DNA from: an uncultured Bdellovibrionales bacterium
Lineage (GTDB): Bacteria; Patescibacteriota; Minisyncoccia; Moranbacterales; UBA1568
Length of the DNA: 64,000 bases
NCBI GenBank assembly: GCA_964384235.1
Contig: CAYLJX010000001.1
Location: forward strand, 305,709-369,708
Reading direction: 5' to 3'
Shown here: one piece after another, positions 28,160 to 38,038 of the stretch
Layout of the letters: every line of letters starts with the position of its first letter
How positions within the stretch are numbered: position 1 is the stretch's first letter
Made by a program: the position numbers and the translations under genes
Notes under the pieces: generated by a model
Database searches by the model: none
What the model was told of the DNA's origin: nothing
What the model saw: the letters and a program-made list of their open reading frames with translations, nothing else

Positions 28160-30553
28160 TTAGTTCCTTAATCCCCCTCCTAGCCGCTCATTCGCCAAAG
28201 CGACTATCCTGTCGAAAACGGCATCCATCTCCTCGCTCTTGAGCGTCCGGTCCGGCGCCCCGAAGAAGAGATGGAAGGCGAGGCTCTTTTCTTCGTCCTT
28301 CTCGTAGATATCGAAGAGTTCAAAGCGCGTGAGAAGCGGCGCTCCGGCTTCGCGGAACAGTTCTTCGACTTGACTCACGGTCGTCTTGCGAGGAACGACA
28401 AGAGAGATATCACGCGTCGCATTGGGAAACTTCTGGAGCGGGGCAAAGAGGATTTCTTGCTGCCGCAGCATCCGGAGATCTTCCGTGACGAATCCGGCCA
28501 TCGCGAGGCGCGGTTCCAATCCGAAGTTGCGGAGTACCTGCGGGTGGAACTCCCCGATGATACCGATCGGTTTTCCGGAAACCGCGATCACCGCGCTCCT
28601 CGTCGGATGAAGCATCGCAAGTACGGGAATATGAGGGAATTTTTCCGGCAGTTCCCAGGAGATTTTTTCCGTATCGATACGAAGGGCTTCCAGGAAAGCC
28701 AACGTCTTTCCCTTGATGGACAGGAATGCTTCGCCTCGCGCGCTCTTTTTCGGAAGAACGGTGAAGAGTCCGAGCGATGAGACCTCCGCCGGGAGATGGG
28801 TTTTCGGATCCTTGGCGAACGCTCTCCCCCACTCGAAACAATCGAAAGCATCGAAATGACGGAGATTCTCACCCGCCTTGCGGAGAAAGAGCGGTACGGT
28901 CGAGAGCGCGAGATACTTCTGGTCAGGATTGAGAGGGTTCTCAAGTTCCAGATGCGCCTCAAGCGGAAGTCTGGCCGACGCGATATCTTTCTCACCGTAG
29001 AAGGCGTAGGTCATGATCTCGTCGAAACCGGCATGCGAGCAATACTCTTTTACTTCGCGTTCGAAACGTTTGCCGGGATCCTCCGTTACCGGGGCGAGCG
29101 CGATCCGCGGTGCCGTCGCGACGACCTTGTCATAGCCGCGCATCCGGCCGATCTCCTCGATCAAGTCCCATTCGTCACGGAGATCCGGACGCCTGGTCGG
29201 AACGGTCACCTCGAGCGCTTTCTCGTTGGCGATCTTCTTCACCTTGAGTCCGAGAAGCGCCAGATACTGCACCGCCTCGAAAAGAGGGATCTTGGTCCCG
29301 AGGACCCCTTCTACCCGACTGAGCGAGAGCGATACTTTCCACGGCTTGGTCAGAGGGGCATGGACATCCCGCATACCAACGAGCTTGGCGCCGGTAAGCG
29401 ACACGAAGAGCGCCGCCGCCTCACGGGCCGCATCCGTCGGAAGATGGATATCGAGTCCTCGCTCGAAGCGATAACTCGCGTCGGTCGAAAGACCGTGTCG
29501 TACTTTGGCACGACGGATCGTACTACCGTCAAAGTTGGCGATCTCAAGGAAAACCTTTTTCGTCTCGAGTGTCACGGAGGAACCCTTCCCGCCCATGACA
29601 CCCGCAAGCGCGAGCGCTTTCTTGGCGTCGGCGATGACGAGATCCTCGGCGTGAAGCGTCACCGTTTCCCCGGTGAGCAGCTCGAGCTTTTCGTTCTTCT
29701 TGGCGCGACGGATCGTCACCGGACTTTTCAGTTTGTCGAGATCGAAGGCGTGCATCGGCTGCCCCGTCAGGAGCATGAGATAGTTGGTGCAATCGACGAC
29801 GTTGTTGATGGGCCGCAGTCCGGAAAGCAGGAGCTTGGACTTGAGCCACAAAGGCGACTCCCCGACCATGACATCTGTGAAGGCGAGTCCGACATAGCGC
29901 GGACAAGCTTTCTTGTCGGCGATGACGACCTTGGGGGAGCGGTTGTACGATGGGATATGCAGGGACTTGAGTTTCTTGTCGACGAAGCGCGGGGCATGTC
30001 CGTCGAGTGCGGCGATCTCGCGCGCGAGTCCCTGATAGGCGATCGCATCGGAGCCACGATCCGGCAGGATCTTCACGTCGAGAATGTTATCCTCGATCTC
30101 AAAATACTTGGCAAACGGAGCGCCGACCGGCGTGTCTTCCGGCAGGACCAGAATACCTTCATGCCCCTCGCCGAGAGCCAGTTCTTTCTCGGAGCAGATC
30201 ATTCCCTTGGACTTCACATCTCGGATATCCGCCTCCTTGATCTCGATACCGCTCGGAAGCTTGGTACCTGGAAGCGCGACAGCGACCTTCTGTCCTTCGG
30301 CGACATTGGGCGCACCGCAGACGATCTGACGGATATCCTTCTTGCCTACTTCCACTTTGGCCACACGCAACCGGTCGGCATTGGGATGCGATTTCAGTGA
30401 CACGACCTTCCCGACGACTACTCCGTCGAGACCATGCGCGTACTTTTCGATGCTCTCCACCTCGAAGGCATGCGTCATGAGAAGCTTCCCAAGCTGTTCA
30501 GCCGACTTCTTCGTTCCGCTCAATTCTTTTAACCAGTGATAGCTGTATTTCAT
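28160..30553 (-). CDS. pheT: Phenylalanine--tRNA ligase beta subunit
   Basis: HPNADRL, IVCGAPN, INNVVD, RFERG motifs and a C-terminal FDX-ACB domain. Confidence 0.97.
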   Translation of the reverse strand: MKYSYHWLKELSGTKKSAEQLGKLLMTHAFEVESIEKYAHGLDGVVVGKVVSLKSHPNADRLRVAKVEVGKKDIRQIVCGAPNVAEGQKVAVALPGTKLPSGIEIKEADIRDVKSKGMICSEKELALGEGHEGILVLPEDTPVGAPFAKYFEIEDNILDVKILPDRGSDAIAYQGLAREIAALDGHAPRFVDKKLKSLHIPSYNRSPKVVIADKKACPRYVGLAFTDVMVGESPLWLKSKLLLSGLRPINNVVDCTNYLMLLTGQPMHAFDLDKLKSPVTIRRAKKNEKLELLTGETVTLHAEDLVIADAKKALALAGVMGGKGSSVTLETKKVFLEIANFDGSTIRRAKVRHGLSTDASYRFERGLDIHLPTDAAREAAALFVSLTGAKLVGMRDVHAPLTKPWKVSLSLSRVEGVLGTKIPLFEAVQYLALLGLKVKKIANEKALEVTVPTRRPDLRDEWDLIEEIGRMRGYDKVVATAPRIALAPVTEDPGKRFEREVKEYCSHAGFDEIMTYAFYGEKDIASARLPLEAHLELENPLNPDQKYLALSTVPLFLRKAGENLRHFDAFDCFEWGRAFAKDPKTHLPAEVSSLGLFTVLPKKSARGEAFLSIKGKTLAFLEALRIDTEKISWELPEKFPHIPVLAMLHPTRSAVIAVSGKPIGIIGEFHPQVLRNFGLEPRLAMAGFVTEDLRMLRQQEILFAPLQKFPNATRDISLVVPRKTTVSQVEELFREAGAPLLTRFELFDIYEKDEEKSLAFHLFFGAPDRTLKSEEMDAVFDRIVALANERLGGGLRN

Positions 30554-30556
30554 ATA

Positions 30557-31597
30557 CTAGAATTGTCGGATAAACCGCAGGTCGCCGCTCATGAGGAGAC
30601 GGATGTCGGAAATCTTGTACTTCATCATAGCGAGACGGGTCAGACCGAAGCCCCAGGCAAATCCCTGGTACTGACCCCGCTTGTAACCGGCTGCTTCGAA
30701 CACCCGCTGATTAACCATGCCGGCCCCCCCGATCTCGAGCCAGCCGGACTGCTTACACACCGCGCAGCCCTTACCATCGCAGAGGATACAGCTGATATCG
30801 AACTCGAAACTCGGCTCAGTAAAAGGAAAAAAGCTCGGTCGCAAACGGATATCCACCTTCTTCCCGAAGAAGTTCTCGAAAAAGACTTCAGCCACGTACT
30901 TGAAAGTCGCGACATTCACTTTGGCTCCCTCGTCGACCATCAGACACTCGAACTGATGAAAGGTGTGCTCATGCGAAGCATCGGTCGCCTCATTGCGGAA
31001 GATCCGACCGGGAATGATGATCCGGAGCGGCGGTTTGTGCGTCTGCATATACCGCACCTGGACAGCCGAGGTATGCGTGCGTGGGAGATAGCGCTCCTTG
31101 TGTTTCTTGTCTGTCTTGATCCAAAAGGTATCCTGCATGTCGCGCGCGGGATGGTCCTTGAGAAAGTTCAGAGCATCGAAGTTGTAGAACTCGCTCTCGA
31201 CTTCCGGACCGTCCGCCACGACGAAACCCATCGAAGCGAAGATGTCTTCCACCTCGTGCTCGAGACGCGTGATAGGATGCAGATGCCCGACCGCTCTTTT
31301 CGTCCCGGGAGCGGTGATGTCGATCCGCTCTTTCTCCCAGTCGATGCTCCCTTCGGTCAGTTCGTTTTTCTTGGACTCAAAAGCCTTCACCAGCGTCTGC
31401 CTGGCGTTGTTCGCAAGCGGTCCGACGACACGCTTCTCTTCCGGCGAGAGGTCTTTCAGTCCCTTAAGAAGCGAATTGAGCTCACTCTTGCGACCGAGGT
31501 ATTTCACTTCCCACACTTCCAACTCGGCCACCGTCTTGATGGCCGCGAGGGATTCCTCTCCTTCCTTCCTGATATGGGCGATGCGTTCCTGTAACAT
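30557..31597 (-). CDS. pheS: Phenylalanine--tRNA ligase alpha subunit
   Basis: HPARDMQDTF, RTHTS, FPFTEPS, GFAWGFG motifs. Confidence 0.97.
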   Translation of the reverse strand: MLQERIAHIRKEGEESLAAIKTVAELEVWEVKYLGRKSELNSLLKGLKDLSPEEKRVVGPLANNARQTLVKAFESKKNELTEGSIDWEKERIDITAPGTKRAVGHLHPITRLEHEVEDIFASMGFVVADGPEVESEFYNFDALNFLKDHPARDMQDTFWIKTDKKHKERYLPRTHTSAVQVRYMQTHKPPLRIIIPGRIFRNEATDASHEHTFHQFECLMVDEGAKVNVATFKYVAEVFFENFFGKKVDIRLRPSFFPFTEPSFEFDISCILCDGKGCAVCKQSGWLEIGGAGMVNQRVFEAAGYKRGQYQGFAWGFGLTRLAMMKYKISDIRLLMSGDLRFIRQF

Positions 31598-31618
31598 GTC
31601 CCTATTCTATCGAAAAAG

Positions 31619-32815
31619 TCATTTCTTTTCAAAAACGATCCTGACGAAATCTTTCTTGCCGACCTTGAGGACGTTGCCGTCGTGATCCTTGTTCACGACG
31701 AACTGCCCATCGGTCACCTTTTCCCCGTCAAGCTCCACGCCACCCTGCTCGATCTTTCGACGGGCATCCCCTTTGCTCGAAGCAAGGCTGTTCTTCACGA
31801 TGAGATCGACAAGAGCTATCGGCTCTTCAAGGATCGCCTCCGGCATGTTTTCCGGCACATGCTTCTTGGAAAACGTCTCGATAAAATATTGCTCTTCCTT
31901 GTCCGCGGCATCGGCACCATGGTAGAGCGTGACGATTTCCTTGGCGAGGCGGAGCTTGGCATCGCGCGGGTTACCGCCGTTTATGATATCGGCCGCCATT
32001 TTTTCCACTTCCGTCATGGGGACGCGCGTACAATGGACGAAATATTCCATGATGAGTTCGTCGGGAATGCTCATGATTTTCCCGAACATGTCATTCGACG
32101 TATCGAGGAGGTTGATGGTATTTCCCCAGCTCGAACTCATCTTGCGCCCGTCCGTTCCGAGGATGAGGTCGGTCATGAGGATGTCCTGCGTCGGCTGGCC
32201 GTGCGCTTCCTGGAGACGCCGACCAGCGAGCAGATTGAAGCGCTGATCCGTACCGCCGATCTCCACATCGGCATTGACCGCAATACTGTCGAAACCCTGC
32301 ATGAGAGGATAAAATGCCTCCCGCATGGATACGCGTTTTCCGGCATCCAGACGCCGTTTGATATTGTCCCGAGCAATGAACTCAGCCAATGAGAAGATAC
32401 TCGCCTGCTGTCCGATTTCTTCGTAACCAAGCTTGTCGAGCCAGGTGGAATTGTAATGCACTTCGGCTTTCTCAAGATCGATAAGTTTGCCCATCTGCCC
32501 GGTATATGTCTTCATGTTCTGCTCTATCGTTTCAGACGAAAGCATGGGCCGTTCGCTTTCTTTGTCGCTCGTATCACCGATCTGACCAGTAAAATCACCG
32601 ACAATCAGCACAATCTGGCAACCAAGCTCCTGAAAATCACGAAGCTTGAGAAGTGACACTGCCCGACCGAGGTGGATATTCGGACTCGTCGGATCGATGC
32701 CAAGCTTCACCCGGAGCTTCTCGCCTTTCAGAAGGCGCGCCTTCAGATGTTCCCGGTCGATCGTTTCGGCAACACCGCGGGTGAGGAGCTCTTCGATCTT
32801 TTGTTCTCTGTCCAT
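31619..32815 (-). CDS. tyrS: Tyrosine--tRNA ligase
   Basis: GIDPTSPNIHLG, GGTDQ, KMSSS and a C-terminal S4 domain. Confidence 0.97.
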   Translation of the reverse strand: MDREQKIEELLTRGVAETIDREHLKARLLKGEKLRVKLGIDPTSPNIHLGRAVSLLKLRDFQELGCQIVLIVGDFTGQIGDTSDKESERPMLSSETIEQNMKTYTGQMGKLIDLEKAEVHYNSTWLDKLGYEEIGQQASIFSLAEFIARDNIKRRLDAGKRVSMREAFYPLMQGFDSIAVNADVEIGGTDQRFNLLAGRRLQEAHGQPTQDILMTDLILGTDGRKMSSSWGNTINLLDTSNDMFGKIMSIPDELIMEYFVHCTRVPMTEVEKMAADIINGGNPRDAKLRLAKEIVTLYHGADAADKEEQYFIETFSKKHVPENMPEAILEEPIALVDLIVKNSLASSKGDARRKIEQGGVELDGEKVTDGQFVVNKDHDGNVLKVGKKDFVRIVFEKK

Positions 32816-32828
32816 ACGAGAAGGGACA

Positions 32829-33131
32829 TTAGATACCCAATTTACGCTTGGCGAGACGATATTGATCGTCGGAAATCTGCCCTGCCTTTTTCATGGCGTC
32901 CAGCGAGGCGAGGATCTCGTCCTTGTGCTTGGCGACGTTCTTGGGCGTCATGGCCTTGCGCATGAGCTTCTCACGCTCCTGCGGACTCATGGCCATGATA
33001 CGCTTCATGGCGAAGCGCTGGAGCATGTTCATGTCTTCCATCTTCGGAGCACCGGACGCGTTCAGGAAGTCCTCGTCCTGCCGTTTCTCCTTTTCGGATT
33101 TCTCTCTTTTTTTGAACGGGTTCCATTTCAT
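32829..33131 (-). CDS. Hypothetical protein (basic, Met-rich, helical)
   Basis: 100-aa ORF co-oriented with and filling the secF-tyrS gap. Confidence 0.7.
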   Translation of the reverse strand: MKWNPFKKREKSEKEKRQDEDFLNASGAPKMEDMNMLQRFAMKRIMAMSPQEREKLMRKAMTPKNVAKHKDEILASLDAMKKAGQISDDQYRLAKRKLGI

Positions 33132-33138
33132 ACGAAAA

Positions 33139-33228
33139 GTATTATGTAGGATGTATTACGTATTATGTATGAGGATCCTGATCATGAGTATTCCATACAT
33201 ACTACATGATACGAGATACCTGATACAT
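33139..33228. repeat. Inverted 5x7-bp GTATNNN repeat element (empty form)
   Basis: GTATTAT GTAGGAT GTATTAC GTATTAT GTATGAG, 20-bp spacer, CATACAT ACTACAT GATACGA GATACCT GATACAT. Confidence 0.85.
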
Positions 33229-33230
33229 CT

Positions 33231-34127
33231 TCATTTCGTTTTCATCTTATACCTCGTGACCAACAGCGCCGACGCGACGTAGATGGACGAATAGGTACCG
33301 AAGGTGACACCGATGAGGATGGCGAGCGCGAAATACCGGATGCTTTCCCCGCCGAAGAGCACGATGGCGAGGAGCGTGATGATGACCGTGAGCGAGGTGT
33401 TGACGGAACGGCCGAGCGTTTCGTTGAGCGAGCGGTTGACCGTCACTTCGAAGTCTTCGCCTTTGCGGGAACGGAGCAGATTCTCACGCACGCGGTCATA
33501 AACGACGATCGTGTCATTGACCGAATAGCCGAGGATAGTAAGGAGGGCTGCGATAAACGGGACACCGATTTCGATACCGTAGAACTTTCCCAGGATCACG
33601 AACGCTCCGATCGTCACGACGATATCATGGGCGAGCGCGATGATGGCACCGAGACCATACTCCCACGACGTGACTATCCCCGACACCCGACGGAAAGCCC
33701 AGGCGATATAGAGCGCGATACCGATGACGGAGAGTATCACCCCGCTGTAGGCGTTCTTCTTGATCTGATCGGAAACCGATCCCCCGATGAAGTCGGTGCG
33801 AAGGAGCGTCAGTCCCGGATCCAACCCCTTGAGTTTCCCGAGAACCTGTTCATTCCCCGCCTCATCGGACGCGAGATATCGGAGAAGCATCGCCTTGTCA
33901 CCCGTCGGCTGGACCGTGAGGCTCTGGAGCGAGAGGCTCCCGAGTGCCTCGGACACTTCCGCGACCTGCGGCACCGGATCCTTTGTGAACTGCACCTCCA
34001 TGAGCGTACCACCCTTGAAGTCGATACCGAGCTTGAGCCCCCACAGTGCCAAAAGAATCACACTCCCGACCGTAAGGATACCGGAGAACAGGTAGGCATA
34101 CTTTCTTTTCTGAATGATCTGCAACAT
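33231..34127 (-). CDS. secF: Protein translocase subunit SecF
   Basis: GIDFKGG, HDI, GYSVNDTIVVYDRVRE, GTYSSI motifs. Start at MLQII. Confidence 0.96.
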   Translation of the reverse strand: MLQIIQKRKYAYLFSGILTVGSVILLALWGLKLGIDFKGGTLMEVQFTKDPVPQVAEVSEALGSLSLQSLTVQPTGDKAMLLRYLASDEAGNEQVLGKLKGLDPGLTLLRTDFIGGSVSDQIKKNAYSGVILSVIGIALYIAWAFRRVSGIVTSWEYGLGAIIALAHDIVVTIGAFVILGKFYGIEIGVPFIAALLTILGYSVNDTIVVYDRVRENLLRSRKGEDFEVTVNRSLNETLGRSVNTSLTVIITLLAIVLFGGESIRYFALAILIGVTFGTYSSIYVASALLVTRYKMKTK

Positions 34128-34133
34128 ATATTT

Positions 34134-34227
34134 CAGTAAACAATCAGCAATCAACAGTCAACATCTTACACCGCACTTCATTTTCTTAATCGTATCCGGT
34201 TTATTGTTGACTGTTAACTGTTAACCG
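34134..34227. repeat. Inverted heptamer-repeat hairpin between secD and secF
   Basis: CAGTAAA CAATCAG CAATCAA CAGTCAA CA ... TG TTGACTG TTAACTG TTAACCG. Confidence 0.7.
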
Positions 34228-34230
34228 GAT

Positions 34231-35907
34231 TCACTCCAATGGTTTTTTCGGTGAAACAAGGAGATTAGAATGTTTCTCCATCCACTCTCCTGACAGAAAA
34301 TCGATGATGATGCGCACCAGGACCACTGCCGTAAAGAGCGAGAGAGCCACACCGAGCGCCAGGATGATCGCAAAACCCTTCACGAATCCGGTTCCGAGTC
34401 CCATGAGGATGAACGTCGTGATAAGAGTCGAGACGTGGCCGTCCCGGATGCTCGGCCAGGCACGACGGAAGCCTTCCTTCAGCGACTTGAGCACGTTCTT
34501 GCCATAGGAGAGTTCTTCGCGGGTGCGCTCGAAAATGAGCACGTTAGCATCGACCGCGATACCGATGGAGAGGATGAAACCAGCGATACCCGAGAGCGTC
34601 AGTGTGATGGCAAACGGCGTAAAGACAGAGAGCTTGAAAATAGTCGCGAGCATCGCCGTATACAGGAGAAGCGCGACGACCGCGATCACGCCGAGGAAGC
34701 GATAGTACAAGACCATGAACACCGCCACCGCCAACAGCCCCATCACACCGGCAAAGAGGCTCTGCTGGAGCGCGCTCTCCCCGAGCGACGCATCCACGCT
34801 CTGCTGTCCGACCAGGGTGATCGGTACCGGGAGTGCACCTTCGTTGAGACGCTTCACGAGAGCATTCGCCTCCTGCATGGTGAAGTTGCCGGTGATGACC
34901 GCCTGTCCTGCGACGATCTCGCTCTGGACGGTCGGCTGACTGATGATCTCGCCGTCGAGCATGATCGCGACCGGTTTTCCGATGTTTCGCTTGGTGATTT
35001 CGGCGAAGAGCCGGGTCCCTTCGTCATCGAACCGCAAAGCAATCTGAGGCGACCCGATACCCTGGCTCTGATAGTCCACGTAGGCATCTTTCAGATTTTT
35101 TCCGGAAAGTCCCGTTGCCTGGAACATCAGATCCGGGTACTGTTCGATGGAGCGCTTGATGAAGAGGATGTGCGAGGCGCGCACTTCCTTGTCGTCGCCC
35201 TCGCCACGCTCGTCGGTCTTCTTGATGATGTGCCAGCCGAACGGACTCTCCACGAGAGACGGATACACCTCGCCGTTCTTCAAAGCATCGCCGAAGACGA
35301 CATCATCGAACTGCGGAACGAACGTCCCCTTTTTGGCGAAATCCAAGTCACCGCCCTTGTCCTTGGATCCGGGGTCCTGACTGAATTCCGTCGCCAGCTT
35401 GGCAAAGTCTTCGCCTTTCTTGGCACGTTCCAAGACGCCCTCCGCCTGTCGCTTCGTCTCTGCATTGAACTCATCGAACTGCCTCTCAGCTTCCTCACCG
35501 GCCGGCTCACGGAACTCCAGAAACGGCGTCTCCTTGATCATCGATTTCGCCTGCTCGATATCCTTGATACCGGGAAGTTCCACGATGATATGGTGTTCCG
35601 TACCGGAACGCGAGAGCTGGACCAAGGGTTCACCGACACCGAAGGCGTTGACACGGCGTTCGATGACCGCCTCCGCGGCAGAGAGAGCGTCGCTCACTTT
35701 GGCGTCCTCCACCTGGGACACGTCGGCCTTGTACTCGAGGTGGATACCACCCTGCAAGTCGAGTCCTTTGTTGAACTTGAACTGGTCGAAGAAATCGAAG
35801 ATGCCCGGCACGAATTTCACCGCCTGCGGATAGGCGACAAGTCCGGTCAACAGACCAAGCAGGAGCACTCCGGCAAACTGGTAGCGGATTTTCGATTGAT
35901 ATTTCAT
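34231..35907 (-). CDS. secD: Protein translocase subunit SecD with inserted parvulin (PpiC-type PPIase) domain
   Basis: GLDLQGG, ERRVN, GIAVDANVLIFER. The insert contains FSQDPGSKDKGGDL...FGWHII...VRASHIL. Confidence 0.95.
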   Translation of the reverse strand: MKYQSKIRYQFAGVLLLGLLTGLVAYPQAVKFVPGIFDFFDQFKFNKGLDLQGGIHLEYKADVSQVEDAKVSDALSAAEAVIERRVNAFGVGEPLVQLSRSGTEHHIIVELPGIKDIEQAKSMIKETPFLEFREPAGEEAERQFDEFNAETKRQAEGVLERAKKGEDFAKLATEFSQDPGSKDKGGDLDFAKKGTFVPQFDDVVFGDALKNGEVYPSLVESPFGWHIIKKTDERGEGDDKEVRASHILFIKRSIEQYPDLMFQATGLSGKNLKDAYVDYQSQGIGSPQIALRFDDEGTRLFAEITKRNIGKPVAIMLDGEIISQPTVQSEIVAGQAVITGNFTMQEANALVKRLNEGALPVPITLVGQQSVDASLGESALQQSLFAGVMGLLAVAVFMVLYYRFLGVIAVVALLLYTAMLATIFKLSVFTPFAITLTLSGIAGFILSIGIAVDANVLIFERTREELSYGKNVLKSLKEGFRRAWPSIRDGHVSTLITTFILMGLGTGFVKGFAIILALGVALSLFTAVVLVRIIIDFLSGEWMEKHSNLLVSPKKPLE

Positions 35908-35960
35908 ACTTCCTCAGTATATCGGGGACGCGGAGGAATTGCAAATCCAAGCCAAAAACC

Positions 35961-37661
35961 CTATCCCGGGTATCTTTCTTCCAGACGTTTGAGGACGCGT
36001 TCGGTCTGAGGGAGAAGTTTCGCGGCGTAGGCTTCGTAGCTCTCGACTGATGTAAGTCCACCGTTTTCCAAGAGAAGCAATCGGTCGAGACGGACGCGTT
36101 CGAGGAAGCGGCGGTCGTGCGTCACCAAGAGAAGTGTACCGGGATAATTTTCGAGCGCCTCTTCGAGAGCTTCGATCGCCTCAAGGTCGAGATGATTGGT
36201 CGGCTCGTCCAGGACAAGCACGTTCGCACCCTTGGCCGAGAGCAGCGCGAGGATGAACCGCACCCGCTCCCCTGGACTCAAGGTCTCTATCTTGTCATCG
36301 ATCACGTCCGGGGAAAACTGGAACCGTGTGAGATGTATGAGCACCTCGTCCTTGTCGTACATGTCGAGACGCTTTTTGAAGAGTCCGGAGAGCGTTTCCT
36401 TCTGTGGGATGTCCTCGTGCTCCTGCAAGAGATTGCCGAACACCAGCGCACTCCCACGGATCACTTCTCCTCCGAGCGGTGCGATCTCTCCGGAGAGCGT
36501 CTTCAGAAGCGTCGATTTGCCAGCACCGTTCGTCCCGAGGATGCCGAGACGTGTCCCGAACGGCACTTCCAGCGTCGCCGGCTCGGATCGGAAACCCTCC
36601 TCGTATCCGAACACGACATCCTTGAAGGCAATACTGTTTTCCTCTTCGCTTTTCTTCGGATCCAGAACGATGGAAATCGGCGTACGCTCAAGCGGCCGCT
36701 CCACTCCGCGCAATCGTTTCTCCCGTTCCTCTAGTACCTTGGCGGATGTGCTGAATTTCTTGGCGGCACGTTCTTTCTTGTAGTTCGAGGTAAGCTTGTC
36801 ACGGTCCGGCGCGATGCTTTCCTTGGTCCGTTCCACCCACTTCCTCTTCTGCTCCATAGAGGACAGAAGACGCGAGCGTTCCTCTTCCTGCATACGATAA
36901 GCTTCCTTGTGCTGGCGGACGACATGTGCCTTCATCTCGGCGAAGTCGCTCCACCCGCCGGTGTACATCGTGACATCCCGTCTGTACCAGTCGATCTCGA
37001 TGACCTTGTCCACGACGTTGTCGAGGAAGCGTCGGTCATGCGAAGCAATGAGACACGTCGCCTCGGAACGCGAGAGGTACCGCTCCAACCACAAGAGTGC
37101 CGGCAGGTCGAGATTGTTCGTCGGCTCGTCAAGCAACAACAGATCGACGCCGCGAAGGAGTACCGCCGCGAGCGCCGCCTTGCGCTTTTCCCCGCCGGAG
37201 AGTGTCGCCACTAAGACGTCGAGACCGACATGTGAGAGGAATAGTCCCTCGAGCATCCCTCGTACTTTTCGCTCGAAGTCGTACCCGCCGAGACGACGGT
37301 ACTCAGTTTCCAATGCCTCGTACTTTTCGAGCGCTTCCGGTTTCTCCAGGCGCGGCTCCAGGATTTTCATTCCTCTCTCGATTTCTTCGAGTCCTGCCAT
37401 ACGACGAAGGTATGCGAGGAGCGTTTCTTCAGACTGCGCTATTGATTCTTGTGACAGATATCCGATGAGGGCGCGTTTACCCACCTGACGTTCGCCCTTC
37501 TCGAAGGATTCTTCCCCTGCCACGATCCGAAGCAAAGTCGATTTGCCGACGCCGTTCTGCCCCACGAGCGCGACCTTCTGCCCGGCACCCAGACTGAAAG
37601 ACACCTTGTCCAGGACACGGCGCGTACCGAATGTTTTGCGGATATTCTTGAGCGTGAGCAT
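35961..37661 (-). CDS. ABC-F family ATPase
   Basis: Two ABC domains (GQNGVGKST, GTNGAGKST, two DEPTN motifs) and no TM segments. Confidence 0.92.
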   Translation of the reverse strand: MLTLKNIRKTFGTRRVLDKVSFSLGAGQKVALVGQNGVGKSTLLRIVAGEESFEKGERQVGKRALIGYLSQESIAQSEETLLAYLRRMAGLEEIERGMKILEPRLEKPEALEKYEALETEYRRLGGYDFERKVRGMLEGLFLSHVGLDVLVATLSGGEKRKAALAAVLLRGVDLLLLDEPTNNLDLPALLWLERYLSRSEATCLIASHDRRFLDNVVDKVIEIDWYRRDVTMYTGGWSDFAEMKAHVVRQHKEAYRMQEEERSRLLSSMEQKRKWVERTKESIAPDRDKLTSNYKKERAAKKFSTSAKVLEEREKRLRGVERPLERTPISIVLDPKKSEEENSIAFKDVVFGYEEGFRSEPATLEVPFGTRLGILGTNGAGKSTLLKTLSGEIAPLGGEVIRGSALVFGNLLQEHEDIPQKETLSGLFKKRLDMYDKDEVLIHLTRFQFSPDVIDDKIETLSPGERVRFILALLSAKGANVLVLDEPTNHLDLEAIEALEEALENYPGTLLLVTHDRRFLERVRLDRLLLLENGGLTSVESYEAYAAKLLPQTERVLKRLEERYPG

Positions 37662-37751
37662 ATTTTTCCTAAAAAACGATTATGCCACGCTTCATATAAA
37701 AAAGCAACACTCCTCGGAAGCGAAGCGTCTCTCGCGGCATACTTGCTATCC

Positions 37752-38015
37752 CTATCGGGTCCTCCTCTTTTCTATTTCCGGCCACATCATCTCGAGATCC
37801 TTCTGGACCTGGGCCATATCGTCATGTTTGTCGAAGAATCCGTACCCGAGCTTTTCCTGGAGCAGCTCGTCCACCATGTCGATATACTCGTCATACGATT
37901 CCACGCCCTGCGCCCGCACCCTGGCCCGCAACTGAAAGTAGAGGCTTTGCAAGGAGACATCTTGTGGATTGACGGTCTGCATCATAGGTTCTTGTTTCGC
38001 TGTACTATAATACAA
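37752..38015 (-). CDS. Small hypothetical protein
   Basis: Co-oriented acidic helical ORF in a gap. Start may be the later Met (MMQTV). Confidence 0.6.
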   Translation of the reverse strand: MYYSTAKQEPMMQTVNPQDVSLQSLYFQLRARVRAQGVESYDEYIDMVDELLQEKLGYGFFDKHDDMAQVQKDLEMMWPEIEKRRTR

Positions 38016-38038
38016 GCGTCCATGGAAAAATATTCTCC

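Noticed and set aside
33139-33228. CRISPR array
   Set aside because: Units are 7 bp without spacers and there are no cas genes.
35961-37661. Antibiotic-resistance ABC-F
   Set aside because: The subfamily cannot be assigned by eye, and the housekeeping context gives no support.
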